Shown here in pieces: positions 57,106-64,000 of a DNA stretch of 64,000 nt. The notes below the pieces were generated by a model. That model was not told the origin of the DNA. It was given only the letters and a program-made list of their open reading frames with translations, and did no database searches. A program made the translations under genes and the position numbers. This stretch comes from a virus. Within the stretch, counting starts at the first letter, position 1, and each line of letters starts with the position of its first letter. The stretch lies in the IMG/VR virus record IMGVR_UViG_3300050343_000122, positions 32,001-96,000 of that record; one strand, 5' to 3'.

Positions 57106-58731
57106 ATGGAATATACAAGATATTACTGGCTTAATAAAGACAGTAGACAGTTCTTATCCAGAGGGTATATAGATGAGGAGCCGGAGCAAAGAATCAGGGA
57201 CATAGCTAACGTAGCTGAAAAGTATTTAAAGATGCCTGGTTTTGCTGCTAAGTTTGAAAGCTACATGGCAAGAGGTTTCTATAGTCTATCTACACCAGTT
57301 TGGATAAACTTTGGTAAGAGAAAGGGACTACCGATCAGTTGTTATGGATCTAATGTAGATGATACACTAGATAGCATATTAAATGCTGGACGTGAAGTGG
57401 GTATGATGTCTAAATATGGAGGAGGTACAAGTGCATTCCTTGGTAACATCAGACCAAGAGGAACAAGTATTAGTACTGGAGGATTGGCAGATGGTCCTAT
57501 ACACTATGCAAGAATATATAACACAGTGGTGGATGTTTGTAAACAATCTGAAGCTAGACGTGGTGCCTGTGCAGTTTATCTACCAGTAGAGCACAAGGAC
57601 ATAGATGAGTTTCTAGACATAGGTACTGAAGGTAACCCTATACAGAATCTACAATATGGTGTTACTGTTACAGATGCATGGTTAAAATCCATGAAAGCAG
57701 GAAGTAAAGACAAACGTAAGACATGGGCCAAGATCATTCAACACAGGAATGAGTTTGGATTTCCATATATTATGTTCTATGACAATTCAAACAACAACAC
57801 ACCGTATAAGAACTTAGGATACAAGATCACAGCATCTAATCTATGCTCAGAGATACAACTACCAACAGACAGCTTTAATAGTTTTGTTTGTTGTTTAGGA
57901 TCTATCAACTTATTACATTGGGATGAGATAGTAGAGACAGATGCAATAGAGGTGTACACACATTTCTTAAATGCAGTGATGGATGAATTCATACAGAAAG
58001 CTGAGTACATGGCCGGTATGAAGAGAGCCTGGAGATTTGCTTCACAACATAGAGCAATTGGTGTAGGGGCACTAGGATATCATTCCTATTTACAATCAAA
58101 GTTGATAGAGTTTGAATCCATGGAGGCCAAGATGATTAACACTAAGATCTTTAAAACTATTAAAGAGCGAACGGAAGAAGCATCTCGATGGTTACACGAT
58201 GCAAAAGGATATAAATCAATTAGAGAAGGTTATGCTAACACCACATTAATGGCTATAGCACCAACTAAGTCTAGTTCATTTATACACGGTGCAGTATCTA
58301 TGGGTATTGAGCCTATCAAATCTAACTACTTCGTTAAGGATCTTGCAAAGTCTAAGACTGTATATAAGAATCCATTCCTTATAGAAGAGTTAGAGAAGTA
58401 TCAGTTGAATAACAAAGAGACCTGGGAAAGTATATTAAAGAAGGACGGTTCAGTGCAACATCTAAACTTCCCTACTAAGAAAGTTTTCAAGTCTTTTATA
58501 GAAATTAGTCCAAAGGAGATAGTGATCCAAGCTGCTTCACGTCAGAAGTTCATAGATCAGTCACAGAGTTTAAACTTGATGATTGATCCTAGTGTACCAG
58601 CAAAAGATATCAATCAATTGTATCTATTTGCTCACGAACAGGGAGTTAAAACACTATATTATCAGTTCAGTCAGAGTTCAGCTCAAGCGTTTGCACGTGA
58701 CATTTTAGAGTGTGCAAGCTGCGAAGGCTAA
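57106..58731 (+). CDS. nrdA: Ribonucleotide reductase class I alpha subunit (no ATP cone)
   Basis: ISC, GGG, RRGA, SNLCSEI, APT.SSS, KTLYY, C-terminal CASCEG. Confidence 0.9.
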   Translation: MEYTRYYWLNKDSRQFLSRGYIDEEPEQRIRDIANVAEKYLKMPGFAAKFESYMARGFYSLSTPVWINFGKRKGLPISCYGSNVDDTLDSILNAGREVGMMSKYGGGTSAFLGNIRPRGTSISTGGLADGPIHYARIYNTVVDVCKQSEARRGACAVYLPVEHKDIDEFLDIGTEGNPIQNLQYGVTVTDAWLKSMKAGSKDKRKTWAKIIQHRNEFGFPYIMFYDNSNNNTPYKNLGYKITASNLCSEIQLPTDSFNSFVCCLGSINLLHWDEIVETDAIEVYTHFLNAVMDEFIQKAEYMAGMKRAWRFASQHRAIGVGALGYHSYLQSKLIEFESMEAKMINTKIFKTIKERTEEASRWLHDAKGYKSIREGYANTTLMAIAPTKSSSFIHGAVSMGIEPIKSNYFVKDLAKSKTVYKNPFLIEELEKYQLNNKETWESILKKDGSVQHLNFPTKKVFKSFIEISPKEIVIQAASRQKFIDQSQSLNLMIDPSVPAKDINQLYLFAHEQGVKTLYYQFSQSSAQAFARDILECASCEG

Positions 58732-58807
58732 CTAACTTAGTTAAAAAAGTTCATCGATAAGGTTAGAATTGTTTAGGTTTGTCCGTATACTAATTGTATA
58801 TTTGGAT

Positions 58808-58957
58808 CTGAAAGAGGTGGAAGGGTCCACTTTAAAAACAATCAACCCTAGAAAGAGGACCCTTTGTGGTTTCTCATGATTATTTGAATTAAGTATTTCT
58901 GTTCTGTTTTTTTAATTGTTGAAGAAGAGCCTTGGATGTAAATCCAGGGCTTTTTTT
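58808..58957 (+). ncRNA. Candidate stand-alone small RNA (~150 nt)
   Basis: TATATTTG promoter at 58797-58804, no plus-strand ORF, strong terminator at 58926-58957. Confidence 0.55.
58926..58957 (+). terminator. Intrinsic terminator
   Basis: AGAGCCTTGGAT-GTAA-ATCCAGGGCTTTTTTT. Confidence 0.8.
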
Positions 58958-59013
58958 ATCAGCAATATCACATAAATTTCGTATATTTACACATAACATT
59001 TAAACAATTAAAT

Positions 59014-60132
59014 ATGGCAAAGAAGTCACAAAAAGCGACAGATGGTGCAAACACTTTTGAAGATGCACTAGAAAGATTAAACAAACAATACGGTAAGGGA
59101 ACTGTATTATCATTAGAAGGTAAATCTGAGGGGACGTATGATACATTCAGTACAGGATCAATTGGTTTTGACTGGAAGACATTAGGCGTAGGAGGATTTG
59201 TGAGAGGTAAGATGTATGAACTCATGGGCTGGGAAGGTACAGGTAAGTCTACTATATGTGGACATGCTGTAGCTAGTTGTCAAGCACAAGGAGGTAAGGT
59301 GGTATATATTGATGGCGAGCATGCTGTTGATACAAATTACTTTAAAGCTCTAGGTGTAGACACAGAGACTATGATGATTGCACAACCATCCTGCGGTGAA
59401 GAAGGTTTCAACATTGCAGTAGAACTAATGCAAACCGGTGAGGTAGATCTAATCATTATCGATTCAGACTCATCACTTATACCTAAAGCAGTACTAGATG
59501 GAGCTGTAGGAGAACATGCAATTGGTAAAAAAGCAAGACTAAACAGTAGTGCATACCCTAAGATTAAGTCTATGTGTCATAACACTAACACTTGTGTCAT
59601 TGTAGTGTCTCAGTACAGAGAAAAGATAGGAGTTATGTTTGGTAACCCTACAACTACTCAGGGTGGACATGCACTTAAGTTCTATTCAGATGCAAGAATA
59701 GAAGTTAGTAGATCACTAGCTAAAGATGCTGGTCAGGTGTATGGTAACATTACTAAGGTTAGAGCTATCAAGAACAAGATGACTCCTCCTTACATACTAT
59801 CAGACTTTGAGGTCCTATATGGTGTAGGTATTGATAAGGTTGGTGAGATGATGCAGCTACTTAATGACTATGAGTTAGGTAGAAAGTATGGTAAGACTAT
59901 GACAGTCGATGGTGTTAAGCATGATCTTGAAGAGTTTAAAGACATGGTACGTAATGATCAAAAGTTCTACAATGAGCTACGTATGAAGATCATTACAGCT
60001 ATCAAAGGTGAAGAGATGCCTGAAGAAGAAGAAGAGTCTCCCATAGTAGAGATGACAGATATGATTAGTCAGATAGAAGTGGTAAAACCACAAGAAGTAA
60101 CACCACAACTTTTTGATACTGATGAACTGTAA
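59014..60132 (+). CDS. recA: RecA recombinase
   Basis: G.EGTGKST, YIDGEHA, IIIDS, Q.REKIGVMFGNP.TT.GGHALKFYSD.R, KNK. Confidence 0.92.
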   Translation: MAKKSQKATDGANTFEDALERLNKQYGKGTVLSLEGKSEGTYDTFSTGSIGFDWKTLGVGGFVRGKMYELMGWEGTGKSTICGHAVASCQAQGGKVVYIDGEHAVDTNYFKALGVDTETMMIAQPSCGEEGFNIAVELMQTGEVDLIIIDSDSSLIPKAVLDGAVGEHAIGKKARLNSSAYPKIKSMCHNTNTCVIVVSQYREKIGVMFGNPTTTQGGHALKFYSDARIEVSRSLAKDAGQVYGNITKVRAIKNKMTPPYILSDFEVLYGVGIDKVGEMMQLLNDYELGRKYGKTMTVDGVKHDLEEFKDMVRNDQKFYNELRMKIITAIKGEEMPEEEEESPIVEMTDMISQIEVVKPQEVTPQLFDTDEL

Positions 60133-60535
60133 AGTTTGTGGTGCAAAAAGTGAAAGTGAATATTGTTTTAGGCACAAGCCAAGAAAACCATTAGCTGGTA
60201 CTACTACTCAACCAGCTATGAGGAGGAGAACCCTTAGATCTAATAAGTCTAAGGGGAAACCTTCACCTAATGAAGATCATTTATTTTTTACAAAGATATG
60301 GAAAAAGAGACCACACCGGTCTGAGATCAGTGGTACGTATCTAGGAAAAGAAGCATCAAGTGCTTTCTTCCATCATATACTACCTAAAAATAAATATCCC
60401 AAGATTAGGATGGATGAGGAAAATATTATACTTTTGACGTTAGATGAACATGCTGATGTTGAATCAGATATGTACAAATATGATATAATAAACCAACGTA
60501 GAACCAAACTATTAAAAAAATATGAGTTATACTAG
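60122..60535 (+). CDS. HNH-like / NinG-like nuclease
   Basis: HHILPK.KYP.....ENI.LLT..EH; N-terminal CxxC...CxxH. Confidence 0.55.
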   Translation: MNCKVCGAKSESEYCFRHKPRKPLAGTTTQPAMRRRTLRSNKSKGKPSPNEDHLFFTKIWKKRPHRSEISGTYLGKEASSAFFHHILPKNKYPKIRMDEENIILLTLDEHADVESDMYKYDIINQRRTKLLKKYELY

Positions 60536-60833
60536 AAACCAATTCTTTTATAAAAGAAAAGAAGCAGTGGAGGGAACAGACCCACAAGAATTTACTGAGT
60601 TCACAGACAGCATTAACCTTGATAAGGTTATAAGATCTGTACAGATGTCTACTGATACTATTGTAGTGTTGTTAGATGATATGCATGAACGTATACAAGA
60701 GGTACCTAACATTAATCCTAAGAACAATAAGGTGATTGGGACAAAGAAGAAGACACAGGTATTTCAAACTGAGGCATATTTATCAGGAGATGATAAAGAA
60801 AGATTTGAGAAACTAACTAATATAGAATTATGA
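60522..60833 (+). CDS. Hypothetical protein
   Basis: ORF track. Confidence 0.6.
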   Translation: MSYTRNQFFYKRKEAVEGTDPQEFTEFTDSINLDKVIRSVQMSTDTIVVLLDDMHERIQEVPNINPKNNKVIGTKKKTQVFQTEAYLSGDDKERFEKLTNIEL

Positions 60834-61126
60834 GTAAGAAACCATATAAAAGACTCTTAGGTAATCGTGTATATGTACACGTACCTGAAAGAAAGAAAAG
60901 TAAACTTGAAGTAGATGCTAACACTAAAGAAGCTCTACAGAGAGAAATGTTAAAAAAGATGTCTAAGCTTTTAGTTTATGATGTCGGAGATTTAGTAACA
61001 CATTTCAAACCAGGAGATGAGGTCTTAGTAGATCCAGGTAAATTAAAAGATGCACACTTGATACCTCTTACCGATGATCAAGAAGTTTTACTCTTATCTC
61101 CATTTGATGTAATACATGTTTGGTAA
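60830..61126 (+). CDS. GroES-like co-chaperonin
   Basis: LGNRVYV, V..VGD.V...KPGDEVLV; 98 aa. Confidence 0.55.
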   Translation: MSKKPYKRLLGNRVYVHVPERKKSKLEVDANTKEALQREMLKKMSKLLVYDVGDLVTHFKPGDEVLVDPGKLKDAHLIPLTDDQEVLLLSPFDVIHVW

Positions 61127-61923
61127 TGGCTTACGATATAATATCAGGAACAGAAGCAGCTTATGTCATAGAAGACAACGATCTGCCTTTCATTTCCTGC
61201 AAGTGTATAACTTACGGAAGAACAGATTTATTAGTAGAAGCCTTACATAGCTTCCTTATTCAGGACTATCCAAAAGATAAGTGTGAACTAGTAATAGTTA
61301 ATGACTATCCTCTTCAAAAGTTACACTACTCTCACCCACAAGTAAAGATATACAATCTTGATACCACATTTCCTCTAATAGGAGAGAAAGAGAACTATGC
61401 TATTGAAAGATGTCAAGGTCCTCTCATTGCTGTTTGGGATGATGATGATGTGGCCTTACCTAATCACCTCAACAATATAGCTAGACACTGGAAGGATGAT
61501 ACTAATATTATTCACTGGAGAACAGGTATATACTATAACGAACCATCTATCACTTCTATAAGTGGTGTAGGTAACTCCGGTATTGTGTATAGTAAAGATG
61601 TATGGGAAAGAATAGGTAAGAGTCCATTAGAAAATGCTGGTGGTGACATGACATTAACTGGAAAGATACACAAGTTAGGTGGTGTAGTAGAAGCTATATT
61701 ACCAGACAGTGAAGCTTCGTGGTTTTATATGTGGGGAGGTAGAGGTTATCATCAATCCGGTATGGGTACAGATGATGGATCAAGACCTGATATCATTAAA
61801 CGTCACAGTGCTCATGTAGAATCACAGCGTAAAGCTGGTAAAGTACCTACAGGTGATATACATTTAGTGCCTGCATGGAAACAGGATTATAAACAAATGT
61901 TAAAAGACTATCTTAAAAAATGA
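61126..61923 (+). CDS. Glycosyltransferase family 2 (GT-A)
   Basis: ITYGR..L.EA..SF..QDYP...ELVIVND; WDDDD (DxD). Confidence 0.85.
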   Translation: MAYDIISGTEAAYVIEDNDLPFISCKCITYGRTDLLVEALHSFLIQDYPKDKCELVIVNDYPLQKLHYSHPQVKIYNLDTTFPLIGEKENYAIERCQGPLIAVWDDDDVALPNHLNNIARHWKDDTNIIHWRTGIYYNEPSITSISGVGNSGIVYSKDVWERIGKSPLENAGGDMTLTGKIHKLGGVVEAILPDSEASWFYMWGGRGYHQSGMGTDDGSRPDIIKRHSAHVESQRKAGKVPTGDIHLVPAWKQDYKQMLKDYLKK

Positions 61924-62573
61924 AGGTTTTAGTAACAAGTGCAAATTTTCCAGGCCAATTATGGAGTAAATGGATAGATCAGCAATCTTCTAAGTACGAG
62001 ATAGTATTTAATAGAATAGATGAGACCACACACTCTGCTAGAGAGTTAGCAATGCATCCTAGATTACGTGCTAAGATTCCTAAAATGTTAGCATGGGAAG
62101 ACAACCCAGGGTATGATTACTATATATGGATGGACTCTAATCAGTCACTAACCTCTCCTAAAGCTATTGAGAAGATGGTAGATCAATGTATAGGTAATGA
62201 TGCATGTTTCTTTAAACACTCAGGTAGGTCCTCTGTACAACAAGAGGTTACATTTGTTTTAGAACAGATGCTAAAGGAAGATGAGTACTTACTGGATAGA
62301 TATAAAGGAGAATTAATGGCAGAACAGTTAAGTCATTATCTTCAGGATGAGAAGTGGAATGACAATCTTCTTATAGAGTGTACTGTTTTTATATACTCTA
62401 AAAATATTGTAAAGAATAGAGAGTATAATTTAATGAAAGAGTGGTTTTATCATAATTGTATATGGTCAGTTCAAGATCAAATAAGTCTACCGTACTTACT
62501 TAATAGGTTCAGGACTAAATATAAGATCTGGGATCAAAATGTATGGAGTAATGATTACACCTACTATAGTTAA
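61920..62573 (+). CDS. GT-A glycosyltransferase, DUF616 (TOD1/MUCI70)-like
   Basis: AK.PK, YDY.IW.D, F.H..R, DQISLPY motifs. Confidence 0.7.
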   Translation: MKVLVTSANFPGQLWSKWIDQQSSKYEIVFNRIDETTHSARELAMHPRLRAKIPKMLAWEDNPGYDYYIWMDSNQSLTSPKAIEKMVDQCIGNDACFFKHSGRSSVQQEVTFVLEQMLKEDEYLLDRYKGELMAEQLSHYLQDEKWNDNLLIECTVFIYSKNIVKNREYNLMKEWFYHNCIWSVQDQISLPYLLNRFRTKYKIWDQNVWSNDYTYYS

Positions 62574-62576
62574 AAG

Positions 62577-62954
62577 ATGAAAATAGAAGTATCAAACGGA
62601 GAAATATTAGATAAGCTTACTATATTAAATCTAAAGCTAGACTTTATCAATGATCCAAATAAGTTAGCTAATATTAGAAAAGAAGCTGCAGAACTTAATC
62701 CTATAGCAACTGACATGTTTCAGAATTATGGAGAGGAATTAAGGGACCTTTACGAAGATTTGTCAACAATAAATACCAAACTTTGGTATATAGAAGACTG
62801 GATAAGAGATTTTGAGAAAGAAGAATCCTTTGGTCAAGACTTTATAGACTTAGCCAGGTCAGTGTATATTACAAATGACAAAAGGAGTGAAGTTAAAAAG
62901 AAAATAAATATACTAACAGATTCAGAATTCATAGAAGAAAAGTCTTATGAATAA
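62577..62954 (+). CDS. DUF6165-like protein
   Basis: S.GE..DK.TIL..K; N..LW.IED.IR; LARSVY.TND.R..VK..IN....S.F.EEKSY. Confidence 0.75.
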   Translation: MKIEVSNGEILDKLTILNLKLDFINDPNKLANIRKEAAELNPIATDMFQNYGEELRDLYEDLSTINTKLWYIEDWIRDFEKEESFGQDFIDLARSVYITNDKRSEVKKKINILTDSEFIEEKSYE

Positions 62955-63069
62955 ACTATTTAACATTATAAAATACACTATAATATCTTCACTTCTTTTG
63001 CTTGCAGTGAGTGGAATATTGTTTTGTATAATACAAGTTATTATTGACCCTGCATTTAGAATTGACTAA
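62947..63069 (+). CDS. Small membrane protein, 40 aa
   Basis: Manual translation. Confidence 0.45.
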   Translation: MNKLFNIIKYTIISSLLLLAVSGILFCIIQVIIDPAFRID

Positions 63070-63218
63070 TGAGCATAGAAGACATAGTATATAGTGCTGA
63101 AGAACACGGTAGAAGAAATCTTCTATTCAATGAAGTGAGCATATTAAGAAAAAAAACTCCTAATAGAGATCTAACAGAGATATATGAAGAGGCTTATAGA
63201 ACAGTGATGAATACCTAA
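63069..63218 (+). CDS. Small hypothetical protein, 49 aa
   Basis: Manual translation MSIEDIVYSAEEHGRR... Confidence 0.5.
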   Translation: MSIEDIVYSAEEHGRRNLLFNEVSILRKKTPNRDLTEIYEEAYRTVMNT

Positions 63219-63221
63219 GAT

Positions 63222-63317
63222 ATGAAAGAGAAATATATGAAGATTATAGCTTGGACTATAGTAATAGCGATCACAATAGTTATATGGAGCAGTTTATATA
63301 ACTTAATAATGGGATAA
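63222..63317 (+). CDS. Small membrane protein, 31 aa
   Basis: Manual translation. Confidence 0.4.
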   Translation: MKEKYMKIIAWTIVIAITIVIWSSLYNLIMG

Positions 63318-63587
63318 TGAAAAAGATAAAAGCTACATGGAGACCACTACTTAGAGCAATGGTTAGAGACAGAAGATTATCTCCTATAGAAAGACTAGCC
63401 ACAAGATTTGGTTACATGGGTGTGGGCTTTCTTATAGCAGGTCAGTGGACCATCAATCCTGTATTGTATATGCTGGGATTCTACCTGTGTACTTATACAG
63501 GTTTCAACTAGAAGACAGTGGAATCTAGTGATACTACAACTTAATGGACTACTAGCGTGGACCATTCACTTCATAAACTCTATGTAA
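63317..63587 (+). pseudogene. Three-helix membrane protein interrupted by a one-base insertion near 63482
   Basis: Removing one base gives ...MLGFTCVLIQVSTRRQWNLVILQLNGLLAWTIHFINSM*, ending next to the terminator. Confidence 0.55.
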
Positions 63588-63590
63588 TAA

Positions 63591-63614
63591 AAAAGCCTCA
63601 ATTAAGAGGCTTTA
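63591..63614. terminator. Bidirectional terminator between convergent operons
   Basis: AAAAGCCTC-AATTAA-GAGGCTTTT. Confidence 0.75.
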
Positions 63615-63619
63615 CTATA

Positions 63620-63904
63620 TTACTTACATCCCATTTTGCACTTACGTGTTGAGCCACCTTTTTTCATATAGGCTTTACGTGCAGTCTTTCTAACCATACC
63701 TTTCTTGGTACCTGACTTTGCATAGCCCATTTTATTACGTACAGCTGTAGCTAGTTTCTTAAGTCCTTTCTGTGAAGGTTTAGGTGTCTTTAATCCAGCT
63801 TTCATTGTTTTACCTTTTTTAGCTTTCATAGATTTACCGTATCCAGCTTTTTTTACATAAGCTTTACGAGCTGTTTTACGTACCATTCCTTTTTTTGTTC
63901 CCAT
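63620..63904 (-). CDS. Lys-rich histone-like basic protein with an internal repeat
   Basis: GTKKGMVRKTARKAY occurs twice; no acidic residues. Confidence 0.7.
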   Translation of the reverse strand: MGTKKGMVRKTARKAYVKKAGYGKSMKAKKGKTMKAGLKTPKPSQKGLKKLATAVRNKMGYAKSGTKKGMVRKTARKAYMKKGGSTRKCKMGCK

Positions 63905-63925
63905 TTTATTTAGATTATTTGAGGT

Positions 63926-64000
63926 TTAACATTTCCACCTGCGTCTAGCTTGTCTTATTCTAGAATTAGGATCATTTTTAGTTTTTGCACTGCTGCGTTT
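63926..64000 (-). CDS. C-terminus of a DUF6321-like basic protein (truncated by window edge)
   Basis: ...KNDPNSRIRQARRRWKC*. Confidence 0.55.
   Translation of the reverse strand, partial: KRSSAKTKNDPNSRIRQARRRWKC

Noticed and set aside
63470-63500. Programmed ribosomal frameshift in the 63317 membrane gene (and at 18335/17990)
   Set aside because: No slippery heptamer or long homopolymer; isolated single-base indels fit sequencing error or mutation better.
1-64000. Stop-codon reassignment (TAG/TGA), known in some Crassvirales
   Set aside because: Long genes are intact in code 11. TAA, TAG and TGA all act as real stops next to downstream starts. The broken genes are explained by frameshifts, not in-frame stops, and no suppressor tRNA was seen.

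Overview
AT-rich 64 kb segment of a crAss-like (Crassvirales-type) podovirus genome, read in the standard genetic code. The host is most likely Bacteroidota (probably an aquatic flavobacterium), judged from repeated TAnnTTTG promoters and A-rich leaders without Shine-Dalgarno sites. Minus strand 1-32692 is the late/structural module: terminase, portal, scaffold-like protein, major capsid protein, conserved crAss genes 75/74/73, tail hub, ring, IHF-like and muzzle genes. It includes a ~13 kb accessory block (7074-20000) of Cys-rich, Thr/Ser-linker-rich modular proteins. The divergence region (32700-33040) is rich in G/C tracts. Plus strand 33041-36771 holds small early-type genes separated by structured RNA-like elements. 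Plus strand 36817-63587 holds replication and metabolism genes: PolB, DnaB, SF2 helicase, primase, UDG, rIIA/B, RNR, RecA, GroES-like, glycosyltransferases, epimerase, cytidylyltransferase and a SET domain. Best candidates for undescribed biology: (1) a modular virion-decoration system with five proteins sharing one ~70-aa N-terminal module, mucin-like Thr/Ser linkers, shuffled cargo domains including a trypsin-like protease, and phage-encoded glycosylation enzymes; (2) a eukaryote-like 'chromatin' toolkit (SET methyltransferase, Lys-rich protein with H3-like TARK motifs, membrane-anchored HMGA-type AT-hooks, classical C2H2 finger); (3) several structured or bistable RNA elements and a stand-alone sRNA. 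All family calls come from motif recognition and synteny, not database searches. Three single-base frameshifts suggest the assembly may contain indel errors.
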